Shown: positions 21,061-35,362, numbered from the whole stretch's first letter. The stretch: DNA of 63,998 nucleotides, filler included, from Reticulomyxa filosa (GCA_000512085.1; 17 parts of 17 records of this genome joined end to end with filler, not necessarily neighbours in it); one strand, 5' to 3'. A program made the numbers and translations. The notes: a model not told the origin generated them from the sequence alone.

Positions 21061-23800
21061 TTGTTGTCGTTCGCTTCGTTTGTTGCGCCAACACAAGGTC
21101 AAACAAAAACCTGGGAATCTTCTTCATTATTTGACATCTTTGCTTTTAATTATTGTAACAGTTAATAAGAATCTATTTAGACAATGGAAATAACGAGAGG
21201 AATGAAGCAAATTTTAATTGAAAATATAACATTCACAGTATGTCGTCTTCCCGCAGGCTCAAACAAAACACAACAAAACTCCAACGATACATTTTTGTAC
21301 GAATTTTTCATGTAAAATAAGAAGGTTTGAAAGAGATGTCAGGTGATGAGCTTGAGAAATTGAAATGATCATTGCGAAAAAAAATCAAACAAAGAACTTA
21401 CATTTCAACACAAAAAAAACAGAAATTTTTTGAGTGGCAAAATGCCATTTGCACACAGAAAAAATTGAGACGAGTGCCAACTATGACAACGCCTTGCGAA
21501 TTCGATGTGCTACTGTGGGACGTCTGCTGATAGTATTGGTACACTAACTGTAATACGATAGGTGTTTACTAAGAAGATAGTAAGTGTTTTCGTAAAATGA
21601 AAGCAGTTTAAATAATAAAACAAAATAACAAAAGGAAAGTAAGAAAGTAAGAAGTAGGTTTGTTGAGGAAGTTTAACCTACTGTGGATTCCTCAGTTCCA
21701 TTGACGTTCGGATATTTATAATATGGATTTGCAATACACTACCAACTTTGACTTTGTTTGAACTCACTTCGCTTTTAGCCGCTGGCACCGCAACCACTTT
21801 CTAATTTCTCGACGAACAAGTATTGGATTCTTTGGAGATCTATGTTATAAATGTGTATTGACCATATATGTTTAAAATATTTTCCAATCATATTATAAGA
21901 AAACATTAGCTTGTAACGTAGTTTGCGCACATCATCATGATAATAATCAGATTATCATTTACAAATTGTTATATTCTATTTTGCGTGATTGCAATTTGAC
22001 AAAACGACAAATGATAACTTCATAGCCTGATGTTCTTTTGCATGACCATGTGCAATATTGTTCAGATTATTTTATACAATACCACAGTTATGTTCACTTC
22101 AAAAATAGAAACAATTATTTAAAAATATGTATATGATTATTTTGATTTCGTGTCAATATATCATGCGCCATATTACATAAAGTATATGTCATTTATTTTT
22201 TTTAAAAGTATACGAATTTAAAGCGTAAGACTGAATATCATGATTAATACTCGATGCAAGCATTCACTAAATATTCATTTGCTCATTATTGAACAAACAT
22301 TTTTATTTGAAAAAATGACATGCGCACAATGTCCCTTGTATTGTGGCTCAATGAATTTGACAATATTAGATTTCAATCAGCAACCATTCGATTTGATACT
22401 GCAACTTCTTTTACCTTCATATAATGATATAATCGATATTGCTGCTACTGTTGCCGTTGCTGTTACTGCTATTGTTGCTGGGCTCGATGCAGTATCAATG
22501 ACAACAACATATTCATCTGCTTTTAGTGCATTCCAAACTAGGACCAAAATTTATTTGATGCATTCAACAAGTATATCAACTGATCCGTGCAATTCTATTT
22601 CCATTTGTAGACTTTCACACATCTACATAACAAACTTTTTCAGTTAATGGACAAAAACGCGATTCATAACATCAGAAACAGTAAAGTGAAATCAGTTCGC
22701 ACAAATAACAAATCGAACAACATCAAGTTCTTGTAATGCTATAAATTGAGTTGTTTGATGTTCGAATGCGCGATTCGACTTCAATGACAATGTCCAATCA
22801 AGTATTCTATTATTTTGGACAATTGAATATGTTTTATTGAAGTTAGTAACAATCGAATGCTCGTTTTCTAACGATATCACTTCGACATAATGTTTTGTTG
22901 ATCAAAGTGAGTTGAATCTTCGTAATATAATAACTCGTAACAACGACGACATCTTTGATAGATTGTCGTAATATATTTGACTGCAGACACTGATGTCGTT
23001 CAAGTATCTAATCAACATATCACAGCAACTCCAACTAATTGACAATATACACGTATTTGCATTGTTTCGCAAAATAGTGTAATGACGTTTGAATTGTTGA
23101 GATACAATTATCAAGTTGTTGATTGTCGTAACAAACGACATAGCAACGTTATCCGAAACGAAGTCGCTGGAATAAGGCAATTGAAGTACTGGATAATGCA
23201 ATGAATATAAGTATTATGTCGCTCAAATAGATCATCTATCAGCCCATAGTCTAGCAAAAAAAATGCTATGTTCTTGTCGATAAATGCAAAACATTGTAAC
23301 TATTGAAGTGATAAAATACAAAAATCTTTATATCTTTACAAATACTAAAGCTGCTAGTGCGTTCATCTATTAGCACACGAATGGCTTGTAATCCAAAGAT
23401 TAGCTTTACTCGTAAGCACAAGACTAATTTCGATATGATCAATATGTTTCTGCTTTTCGACTTTGTAAATTGTCAATAAACTTTAGTAAATTTAAACTAT
23501 GATCAAGTACCACTGTTCGGCGAATGCAGATGTCATATTTTGTGATTTGCCACACAATGAGAGTTGCATTTATGGACTGAGTTTTATACAAACTTCTGCT
23601 ACTACCTAAAAACAAAAAATAATTTGTAGACTTGTCCCTAATCAAAGTATGAATATACAGGTCTGCAAATACCACTTGACTCTTTGTGGTTCTATAAACA
23701 NNNNNNNNNNNNNNNNNNNNNNNNNNNNNNNNNNNNNNNNNNNNTTAATTAATTAANNNNNNNNNNNNNNNNNNNNNNNNNNNNNNNNNNNNNNNNNNNN

Positions 23801-24629
23801 TTTTTTTTTTTGCATAGATTGTGTAGTTCAATCAACTTGTAAATGTCGTACATTGCAAGATGTAGGTGTTAACATTTGTTCACTTTTTTTTTTTAAACAA
23901 ACAAACAAACAAAAAAAAAGATTACACACCAAAGAGGTGCAATAGCAATACATAGACACTGTTGTCGACAGGATAATTGACATAGTAATCGCATCCACAA
24001 TACGTACCACTTGTTTTGTTTTTGGAAGGGAATCCATTGTCCATGCAGAACGGCAAACCAAAACCACCATTACAAAACATTGTGCAGCAGTATAAGAAAA
24101 TAATACTAGCAAAGGAATTATAATTTTTTTTTAAGAATGTTCTGCAAAAATACGGACATTAGCAAAAAAAAAAAGAAATGTTTTGTTCTTTTTTTTTTAA
24201 ACTTTTGGGATTGTACGCCATAAAGCTGCTTTCAAAGCTTACGTAGCTACGTAGGCTAAAAAATGTGTACATTAAAATTCTTCCCACCCAATGACAAAAA
24301 AGTGATACAATATAACGTGCTGAGCAAGAAAATTGAAATTGAGCAGATATTGTGTCGGAAAACATCCTGGGAATAAAATTTGTAACAGAAATCCCGAGAA
24401 ATGACGTATACAATAACATCATCACAACGTGGGATAATGTCACGTGCCAATAATACCATGGGCCTTTTCCTTGTCTCCAGAGCTGATATATTCTCACACA
24501 CGTGAGCATAAGTGAAAACAAAAAAAGGATTAGGAAAATCGCTCCTGTGACCGACTCACGGAGAGATGATCTTAGCCAGTCCTCACCAACAATATTAACC
24601 ACAGACACAGCGACTGGTATTGACAACAT
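23801..24629 (-). CDS. Putative 7TM (GPCR-like) membrane protein, 5' part
   Basis: Successive hydrophobic helices, Cys at the top of TM3 (FSCSARY), GRILMYTFFSLRSY; continues after an intron near 24200. Confidence 0.55.
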
Positions 24630-25519
24630 TTTTTGTCATGCACAATTGCTAGCAGACTTTTTCTTTTTTTTTGTCAGGTACGTTGCCACAAATAGTGAGC
24701 TTACTGTTTTTTTCAGTGTCCTTCTGTTGCTTGCAACAAATTTTCTCTCAATTTTTGGACATGCCCTTAACTAACTTCTTACTCATAAGTTTTAAAAGTA
24801 CAGACTGATCTCTTTAATCTTGTATGGCATTATATTTAAACAAAAATTATTCTTTTTTTAGTTTTATCTTTTAACTACAAACAAAGCTATATCACGAATC
24901 TCTATAAAAAAGCAACTTGTTTTATTCATTAACTGCTGTTGGTCAACCTCACAGAGCTTTGATTTTCATTTAAGTGAAGCATTTAACTTGATCAATCTAA
25001 CAAATCTTTAAATCAAATATGATAAAAAGAAATGATAAAACAAAAGCTTATTCAAATTGCTCTCTTGTTTTTTCTTAACAAAAAAAAGCATTATCCATAA
25101 TATCACAAATAGAAATACAAATGAGACATAATTGTCATATTCATATATGCTTATACGCTCTGCAATATATTTTTCATGATACACAAAAGTACTATAATAT
25201 ATTATTAGTCATTGAAGATTGGCTACTTGTTTTTTATTGACTTAAAAAAGACGCTGGAGGAAAAATGATCTAGCTTGGCAATGTAGTACAAGTCCCTCTC
25301 TGGATGTTTTTGATTTTGTGTTTTGATTATAATTAATATATGATTTAATATCACCATGAATTGCATGAATATTTTTTTTTAAATTATTGTTTTATTTTTT
25401 GATCCAATAACAATGTCCTAAAATCACTTCGTGGTAATATTTTAAATTGTTTAATAATTTCAGTTTTATTATTTTTGGCTCTTTCTCACTATTTTACGCT
25501 TTTTTCCTTCTTTTTTTGT

Positions 25520-26490
25520 TTACTATTATTATCTATGATTAAAACAATTAAACAACAGATAATTAAAATCCATTGATCTTTTCCAATTTCGATATCCATC
25601 CTGTGTTTTGCGATGTCGTTCGCCAAATATTTTCTTAGAAATCTTGATTGTATTTTCATAACATTCTTTTGTTTTAGTTTTATCTCTCTTTGCAAAATTA
25701 ATATCTCCTAAAATGATCATAAGCTTTATAAGTGTATGGCTGATTACAATCTAATTTATTCGGTCTAAATTTCAATGCTTTTCTCCAAATTCAATTTGAC
25801 TCAATTCATTTATTTTTAAATGCACTTGCCAAATAATGGAAAGACCAAGCAATACGAAAGCGATCAATATTTAACTTTTTAAATTTAATTTCCAATGATT
25901 TTTTCAAATATTGTGTTGCTTTTTCATTTGTTTCTTTCTTTTCCAAAATAAATCCCAATATATCATAAGATTTTGCAATATCATTTATCAAAGCTTTAGC
26001 AACACATTCTTTAGCCTTATTATTTGTTTTTTTTCTTTTATCCGCACTAATCCCAATTCACTCAATGACTCTGTAACAAATGAATATTTTCTACCAAATT
26101 TCTTTAATTAAATATTCAATGCCTTTCCATGATATTTATATTCCTATTTCAAAATATACTATTCCCAAATTATTGAACGACATTACCACCGCAAATTTCA
26201 ATTGTCAATTGCATTTCAATCACTTTAACGTTTTCTTAAAAACAAGTCATTGTTTTTGCATGAATCACATATTCATTTGCTTAATTTTTCCAGCAGCTAC
26301 ACACTACAACGTTATGGTTCAATTGATCAACTTTGTTTCACATTCCAATGCTAATTCGTTTTTGATATTTATTCAAAATAAAAAGTATTTTCTAGGGCAA
26401 TTTTTCGTGGAGAATCCGAATATGCAAGAAAAAATCCATTTCGGAATCTCCATCTCAATAAAAATGTGTTTTTTCATTAAGCTTACTTTT
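25520..26490 (-). pseudogene. Frameshifted TPR-repeat (kinesin light chain-like) gene
   Basis: DIAKSYDILGFIL...YLKKSLEIK...IAWSFHYLASAF and LGDINF...CYENTIKISKKIFGERHRKT lie in different frames with stops. Confidence 0.65.
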
Positions 26491-26594
26491 TCCANNNNNN
26501 NNNNNNNNNNNNNNNNNNNNNNNNNNNNNNNNNNNNNNTTAATTAATTAANNNNNNNNNNNNNNNNNNNNNNNNNNNNNNNNNNNNNNNNNNNN

Positions 26595-28943
26595 TTTTCA
26601 ATGTCTTCAATAAGTCCACTGATGTATTCACAAGGAGTTTGTGAAGTGTTTTCATCCAAGCCACCTTCTCTGACGTCAATCCATGCCCCTTGTTCAATGC
26701 AATAACGAGCAGTATCCCAATGTTTGTTATGTATTGCTATATGCAATGGAGTTTGTCCAAGTTCATTAAATGCATCATTTATGTCAATACGATGACATTC
26801 CAATGAAGATTTCATATCACTCAATTTTGCTGCTTCATGAATGAAGGCATTAAGGCCTTTATATATATAGCTATTTGATTGTTGTAATTGCAATTTAATT
26901 TGCAAGGTATCATAATCACTCCATTTTTGTTGAATTGAAAAACCCAATTTCATGGCTTGTTTATTGCAACAATCTATCAATTCTTTGAAAGCCTCAGAGT
27001 TGATAATGTTGTCATTATTATTGTGAGTAAATTGAATACGAGGATTATATTTTAACAAACATAATGCCAGCAATTCCATTTCAATATTTTTCTTTCCCAT
27101 TTCAATTTTTGTGTTCAATGTAGTAATTACAACACGTCTCCACATATCATCTGATATTTTTGACAATACAGAATTTGCTTTGTCACTCACAGGAGTGTCT
27201 TTCAAAAAATTATTTATTAATAAACACAATTGTTCGTCATTCAATTTCGTTACAAGTACATTTACATATAAATTGCGAACTTCATAATTGGTATTATTGA
27301 TCCCATCCATTAAAATTTTGAATGTATCAATTTTTCGTTCGTTTAAATTGGATAATACTATTTTTAGCATTTGTTCATATGGACTCGGAAAAATATAACT
27401 TCTATTTTTGAATTTATTTTGCAGATAATAAAGCAAATTATTCAGTTGTGTTTCATTCGATTCCAATACTATCATTTCAAGTAGTAATTCATTCATCCTA
27501 AAATTAAATGTGATATCCAGTTGTTGTTCATTCAATTCTTTTGATATTGATGGCATTATTTTAGTGTATAATATCCAAGATTTGATATCATAATCTTTGG
27601 ATTCATATTCTAAATATTCAACTGTTTCATTCAGAGATCCTTTTTTCAATCTCGCTGTGATTATTCCAAATATTTTTTGAGATGAATTTTGAAGGTTGTC
27701 ATCATTCAGATTGAATCTATTGCTTAAACATTGAAGTATATTGCTTAGTTGTTTATTATTTAATTTTGGTGATATTGTCTGAAGTATTTTTGCACATGAG
27801 TTATGAATACTGTCATCACCATCATTGAATCCATTTTCTAAACATTGAAGTAAACTGTTTATTTGCTCTGTATTTAATTTTGGTGATATTGTCCGAAGTA
27901 TTTTTGCACATGAGTTATGGGTGCTGTCATCACCATGATTGGATTCATATCCTAAATATTGAAGTAAACTGTCTATTTGCTCATTATTTAATTTTGGCGA
28001 TATTGTCTGAAGTATTTTTATACATGATATTTTCTCGGGTATTTTTACACATAAATATTGAACCTCATAATATTTATTATTGAATTTTTCTTTTAAAATA
28101 GAAGGTAAATTATGTAATTGTGTTCCACTCAATTTCGATACTATTTCTTGAAGTACTTTCGCATATAAACAGCGAATATTAGCGTATTTATTATTTGGCC
28201 CCTTTAATAACAATCCAAATATACTCCTTATTTGTTGTTCATTCAACTCCGATGCTATTGATTCGAGTAGTTTCCCATATGAATGCCGGACATGATAGTC
28301 CTTATGATTAAATCCTTCTTGAAACAGATTATGCAATCGTGTTCCATTCAGTCGCAATATTTTTTTTTTAAATGACGTTACATCTAACGCAAAATTATCA
28401 GTTTTTATCCTATCTTCTATATATCGGAGTAAGTGGGCTAGTTGTCGCTCATCCAAGTTTGATGTATCAAGTCCTTTGGCGTGCAAAAAATTCAATGAAC
28501 CCATGTGCCATTTATTAAATTTCAATGATATTGCTTCGAGTATTTTTACATATGAAATATAAACATAGTCATCACAGTAATCGAATATTTCTTTTAAAAA
28601 TTGAAAAAATTCATCCAATTTTGTTTCATCTAATTGTAATACTATTTTTCTAAGTACACGAATATATGAATCATAATCTTTATTTTTGGTACTCCACATA
28701 AAAAAATCGTCTGGCTCTAATCCATTTAATTCTGATAAAGGTTTTTCGATTTCTACATCATTATTTATAGCATTGAGTTTATTCAGCAAACAATCAAACA
28801 ACTTATTTAATTGTGTTTTATTTAATTGCAATACTATTTTTTGAAGTGTATCTGAATATGATTGAAGAATGTCACCACTTTTATTATTGAGACCATTCAA
28901 TAAAAATTCAAATAAATCATCTTTTTGTTGTTCGTTCAATTGT
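26595..28943 (-). CDS. HEAT/ARM-like repeat protein with C-terminal ankyrin repeat(s), internal fragment
   Basis: Open frame across the whole contig; repeated unit of the form CAKILQTISPKLNxxQLxxLLxCLxNGF; ankyrin GQTPLHIAIHNKHWDTARYCIEQGA. Confidence 0.8.
27700..28020. repeat. 114-bp tandem repeat (about 2.5-3 copies) encoding a 38-aa HEAT-like unit
   Basis: TAATTTTGG(T/C)GATATTGTC recurs at 27761, 27875 and 27989. Confidence 0.9.
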
Positions 28944-29131
28944 NNNNNNNNNNNNNNNNNNNNNNNNNNNNNNNNNNNNNNNNNNNNTTAATTAATTAAN
29001 NNNNNNNNNNNNNNNNNNNNNNNNNNNNNNNNNNNNNNNNNNNATATTTTAAAGATTAAATTAAAACTTTAATTTTTTTTTTCACTTCGATAACGTGTGG
29101 AAATTTAATCCGAAAATTCGACATAATTCTT

Positions 29132-30480
29132 GTGTTCATCACCAATATTGGTGATCACAAAGAACTTAAGTCAGCAACATCAGTGCTTAAGTATCTTGGT
29201 TTGGAGAATAATAATCTACTGTCAAGGAGTGTTATTTCTCATACTATCTCAAGACAATTTGCGTTTATTTTGCTGTAACATTTGCGACAAATTATGTGAT
29301 ACATTCAACAACAAAAATTGGAGTCTGATTGAGACGATCAATTTTGATTTGTTATGCTACAACTGGAATCCTGCTTGACTCAGCATGTTATTTTCAATCA
29401 CAATGGCCGGAGTTGGAATATTCAATCAAGTGCATTACAAAAAACATTGAAGCAATGATACTTACATTAGAATATTTGATTAATCGTTACTGATTGCAAG
29501 TTCGTGATTAATTCAATATTCAACAAATACGATTCTGATATCCATGAATTGCCATAGGATTGTCAAAAAATATTTCTATCATTTAATGAAGATAATGCTC
29601 CAGATATCTATTTGGTTAAGTGTCATTATGGTATTCATGTAAATGATAAAGTAGATCTTGTTGAAAATACTCTCAAGAAAATCCAGCAATTGCAACTATA
29701 CACATATATCAGCTGCATTCCTGAATAACTATTTATTGAATTCATTCTTTACAGATCAATGGCATATCTTGTATTTGTGAATGTACTGATATTCCAATGC
29801 ATACATGACATATTTCCTGTTTAACATGACTGAATTACAATCATTTTATAAATTGTATTACATTCACTACAAGATCATTTGTCAGTTAATTTCAAAATTG
29901 AATTTAATGTATAACATCCAAAAATCATATTCTCCTGATTGTATTTGATTTGAAGAAAAAATACTGTCGAATATTTCCTAATGAAATGCTTGCATTACAT
30001 TGAATTACGTTTCAATTAGTGGATAAATGTCCAAGATTCCTTCCATACATTATTGTACTGTTACTGTCGATGAACCAATTCATTATGTATGTTATAGAAT
30101 TAATTTTTTGATTTTCTTTTTGTTGACAAAATATTTTGCTAAACTATCATAATTCCAACACCAGACTGATTTCTCCATCCAATCGCAATATAATGACTCC
30201 ACATGCTTGCAGCAGCAATACCATATGCAATGCATAGTGAATAAACTAAAGAAATCGCTGGAGCAAAACAGTTTATAATTGAATTTTCTTCAGTAGTAGA
30301 ATATTTTGTCCATGGATTCAATACAGACACCATGTACCCGACAAAAACCGAGTTGATTTCAGTAAAAATATGCTTCCGGAATTCATTCAACATGATCAGA
30401 CGCAAAAAACTGATTGAACTAATCTTGTCAAAATCACTGAACTTTGTCCCTATTCCCGTGAACAGTACGGCACTAATGTA
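29132..30480 (+). pseudogene. Heavily decayed coding relic starting with RRM-like motifs
   Basis: VFITNIGD...RQFAFILL resembles RNP2/RNP1; downstream short stop-riddled frames. Confidence 0.3.
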
Positions 30481-30697
30481 TTAATTGTTGAATAAAATTA
30501 GCTTCTCTTATAAATAGACTATCAGCTAACAATATTTATTAGAGAAAATTTGATGACCTCAAACACCGCCAAAAAATTAAGTATAGAACAAAACAACAAG
30601 TTACATAAGTGTAGACTTGGGGCCCCTTATATAGAAATATCACTTAAAAAACGTTAAAGAAAATTTGCAGACTTTTGTTACAAATCTGTTGTATTTG

Positions 30698-33600
30698 ATG
30701 ATTCTCAGCAAAGATAAATATAGTGCTGTGGAAAATGAATTACTTGCCATAGAAGCAGTATTGGCTGAAGACTTTAAGCGTCTAGACTTGGATATCAGCC
30801 AGACTACTGAGGATAAAAAGGGGATAACGCACGCTTTCGAAGCGCATTTGTTTCCTTGCGAGGATTTAAATGAATGCCATTGCAGCGCTCACGTGCGCGT
30901 AAGTGTAAATGCAGAAAAATATCCAAAGCAAGAACAGCCACAGTTGGAAGTGTTATCATTGGAGGGATTAAACCCAAAGAGGCATTCCAAAGCATTAAAA
31001 GAATACGTATTTACCACATTGCGTGAGCAGCATTCCACAAATGACGAAATATTGTATCCTCTCGTTGATTTGATCCGCTCCTTTTTGTCGCTTCACAATT
31101 ACATGTTAAATAAAGAACAAAAAACAAAAAACAAAAAACGACAAGACCTACACAGTTTCAAAAATGCACACACACGTATACACGAACAGAGGAGCAGACG
31201 AAGACGAGGCACTGACCAAAAGCGATCCAAAGACAGAAGAGAATGAAAATGAGGGTGAGAATGACAAGAACGACAACAAAGACTGGGATGAAGACGAGAA
31301 TGATGACGATAATGAAAATGACGAAGAGGAAGCAAATGGATGGGATAGTGTGGTGTTGTGTGATGCGAATGACAATTTTGTGTCAACGTCAACAACGACC
31401 AGCGAAAAACGCGAAAAACAAAAGCAAGTGGACTGCACTCCCTCACATTCATTGCAAAAAGACGATGACAAGTTCGAACTCGCATTGGAAGAGTTAATTG
31501 AGAGCGACTGTCAAAATCCACTTGTGATGTGTGCAACAGATTGTTTGGAGATCAATCGACACGGATTTGGAACTATCCCCGGCTTGATTTACGCGTCTGC
31601 CTATCGCTTGGAAAATACCTCCAAAGACTTGGAAGTCACTATTGGCGTGTGGCTAAAGCACTTTATCGTATCCGATGCTCTATTGTGCGTGTTGGGTTTC
31701 CAATTGAATGATTACTTGGGAATCAAAGTTTCGTGTGTTGTCGTTGTTGGTAGCAACAGCATACAACGAACATGCACATAGTGAACATGCACATAACAAC
31801 ATGCATATATAGATGCGCTTTTCTTGTGATTACACCAAAGACGTGAAGAAACCCAAATCAATTGAGGTGGGTCGGCTGATTCCCCATGCCGATTCGCACA
31901 TGCACTCAAATGTACATTCGGATGTGCACAACAAAAATAGCACAAAAACAGACACAGACACAACGCCAGGTAAAAAACGCAAGGGACTGCAATTCAAAAA
32001 TAAAATGCTGCCATTTATGGGAAACGAGTCATTGCAAAATCGCTTGAAAAACATATTTTTGGATAAGTTTTGGCCATTGAGCGAAATGGCAAAGCATCAC
32101 AACTTGCAATTACATTTGATACATAAGTTAATGGTATTCACCCACTGTTCATTTCAAGTTGCACAATGTGCAATGCAAAAGTACAAAGACTTTGAAACTG
32201 CGTTTTTGCGTATGTCCGAAGATATCACTGTGCAAAACATTAGCACAAATGCAGACAAAGAGGATGACAAGAGCGAAAGGAAATTGTCTGATGAGATTGT
32301 GTCCGTGATTGCGAAATATATTCAGGCCGAAGGCGTTCACAATGGTATACAAAACAAAGGAAAAGAAAAAGAAAAAGAATCGAAAGAGGAGATAGCGAAT
32401 GACAGTGAAACAGAGTCTACAACAATATTGGATGCGTCTATCGTAAAAGAATTACAAGACATATGTCAAAGCAATGATAAGCTATTTAAATTGTTTGATT
32501 TGAGCGAAACTCAAAACAATCGTTTAAAAGATTTTTTGATGGATGTCTCTCCTTTGTTTGAACATAATGTTCTGATGCATATCATTGTATTCACTTTATA
32601 TTCGGCCTTGACAATCAATCGTCGATGCTTAGTATGCGATTTGACGTTTCCAAACTCGTTGGGCACCGCTCGTCAATTGCTAAAGCCGTCCGTTTGCAAA
32701 AATTATTTATGCGATTTCAGCCATTGCAATTTGGAATTGGGCTTCGATTGTGCCTCGTACATTCTCTCGCATCCGTCAATCGTCGATTTACTAATCACGT
32801 TCTTTTACGTCAATGTGAAAAAGGGCAAGCATTTGCAATACTTCCCATGGTACGTCCGTGGGATTGGTTCCTCCGAAAACCATCAATTGTCGTTTTTGGA
32901 CTCCAAACACCAAAAATCCGCAAATCCGACATTGCTCTTTGAAGTCTTGCAAAGAATGCCATCAATCGATACTCTGATCAAATGGAGTAAAGGCGGAACA
33001 CCAAAACTCAAAGTCAATTTGACTCGTAAGTCGCCTCTCCTGTTTCCGTTGCTGACGTGGTTAATCACGAGCAATCGCGCGCATTTACGAGAACTGAGAT
33101 CTAAACGCGAAAAATTTCAGGGTTTACCCAATTGCTTCCAATTCGAATTTGTCACTTCTTCACCAGAAGGGGAATACACATTTCAGCAATTATGCAAAAA
33201 AGCAGGTTTTTTTATATATTTGCGTGTGTCTCACTTTTTTTTGGAACCATTGTGCGTACGTATACAGAAGCCCACCGCGGACCTGGACGTGGGTCAGTCT
33301 TCGCGTGGCATGGAAGTCCAATGGAAAATTGGCATACCATTTTACGCACCGGACTTAAGAACATGAGCAATTCCAATCAAATGCGTAATGGTGCAGCGTT
33401 TGGAAGTGGAATCTATTTGGCTCCACAGAGTGGAACTTCGTACTGGTACTGTGAATCGTCTCAGAGTGACACTTGGCCATTGTCAATGTTTAATATGGAA
33501 CAAGGCTACGCGCGAGGGAAAAAAGGACATGGCTTGTATTGCTTGGCGTTGTGTGAAGTTGTCAATCACGAAAAACTTAAGGATCCATGTCCTCATTATG

Positions 33601-33773
33601 TTGTTCCTGCCGAACAATGGATTATTACCAGATATCTATTCTTGTTTAATACGATTCCCCATCGCAAAAATCACGGTTCCAAAGGACGCTATTTTGATAT
33701 TGATGCAAATGTCTTAATGAAAAATTATCGAAAACAATCAGAAGGACAAATTGAAAATGTTGAACATAACTAG
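30698..33773 (+). CDS. RWD domain + PARP6/8-like mono-ADP-ribosyltransferase (multi-exon; last intron 33206-33267)
   Basis: N-terminal ENELLAIEAV...YP...P...LYPLVDLIRSFL (RWD); Cys cluster RRCLVCD..LKPSVCKNYLCDF; catalytic FAWHGSPMENWHTILRTGL, GAAFGSGIYLA, LALCEV, HYVVP...ITRYLF. Confidence 0.85.
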
Positions 33774-34104
33774 CGCGTTTACAGCAAGTTTGAACGTGAA
33801 CACAACAAACCTATTTTTTAAAAAAATAATTGACTGAATTTACAAAGAAAAATGTGTATTTTTAAAAACCGTTTTCTGTTTGGCCATTTACAAAACGGAA
33901 TGCTTTTTTTTCTAGAATGAAGTATTTTTTGACTTTTGGTTCCATACAATCCACATATTTTGTATGATAATGAAATAAGAGTTTCTTCCTCTGTAATTTG
34001 ATAGAGAAATCAAAACCAGTGCACTGCAACTAATCCTGTTCATTTTCAACATTGAAAACTGTTTTCCTCCATAAAAAAAATCTAAACACTCCTGACGATT
34101 GATC

Positions 34105-34600
34105 ATGACCTCTTCACCAATATTCACATTTTTGCTAAAGATTCAGGAGAATCTGAAAAAGCGAACTCGGGCGTCACTACTTAGTGGGATGATATTGGCA
34201 ACATTTACATTTGCTTTTTTGTTTTACAGAGATGTAAAAAACCACAAAAAATCGAAAAGGCCATTAGGTTTCCGAACTGCAAAAAATGGCGTGGAAGGCA
34301 CAGAAGATAAAAAAAAGCTACTTAAAAATCGATTTGTTCCAAATAAGGTCAGAGAAATGTGAAACACAAAACTTGATCTTTGAATTGATTTTGCATTTTC
34401 TTTCGTGTGTCGCATCAAGTGTCACAAAAATAATAATAAAAAAGACAAAAATACCTGAGGATATTGATTACATTGTAATTGGATCAGGAATTGGTGGCTT
34501 GTCATGTGCGGCAGCATTGTCACGCTGTGGGCGTAAAGTACTGGTGTTAGAACAACATGATCGATTGGGAGGATGTATGCACACTTTTGGAAAAAGTTAA
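34105..34600 (+). CDS. All-trans-retinol saturase / phytoene desaturase-like FAD oxidoreductase, N-terminus (intron 34348-34444)
   Basis: N-terminal TM anchor, KKLLKNRFVPNK|TKIPEDIDYIVIGSGIGGLSCAAALSRCGRKVLVLEQHDRLGGCMHTF. Confidence 0.82.
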
Positions 34601-35362
34601 ATATTCCTTTTTTTTTTTTTNNNNNNNNNNNNNNNNNNNNNNNNNNNNNNNNNNNNNNNNNNNNTTAATTAATTAANNNNNNNNNNNNNNNNNNNNNNNN
34701 NNNNNNNNNNNNNNNNNNNNGTAAGAATGCGTTTTTGAAACTTAAATTAAAAAGAAACAACTTTGTATATTTGGAGTCATACTGACTCCATTGTGACGTA
34801 AGTAGTCTCACTACACGCGATATGTCCTTTTGAATAAGCGGTCAAACTGGTTTTGCAAGTTTATCGCTAATGTGCGTCTTGTATTATCTAAAAAAAAGAT
34901 TGATAAAAAATAATTTTTCATATTATTTTTCAAAATTTATCATGAATACATATAAACCAAAATTTATATCAATATAAAATTTTAAATCTTTTTGTTTCTT
35001 TTTAGGACATTCATGTAGATATTTTTTTAAAAAATTATACTCATTGAATTTTTTTTGTGATATAATTGAATGTTGATAATCTAACAACAAGACACACTTA
35101 GTATGAAAAACTGCACTTTGAGAATAATACAGCTAGTGTCAAAAATAGATAATAAGAAAAATTGTATTTTCAAAGCAAAAATTAGTCCTAATTTACATTG
35201 AACAAATATCAGCAGGATTTTCAGTGATAAGCGGAAAGTAAAAGGTGTATCAAATATTCAACGCCTTTTTGTACAGTTACAAGTAGTCTATAACACGAAG
35301 TGCCAAAAGAAGAGTAGGTTATTTCCTTTTTTTTATTTTGTTTAAAAGAAAAAAAGACAAAA

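Noticed and set aside
21900-23700. Scattered short ORFs, possibly an old relic
   Set aside because: No recognisable motifs in any frame
31813-33773. Programmed frameshift between overlapping PARP ORFs
   Set aside because: Explained by GT-AG intron 33206-33267
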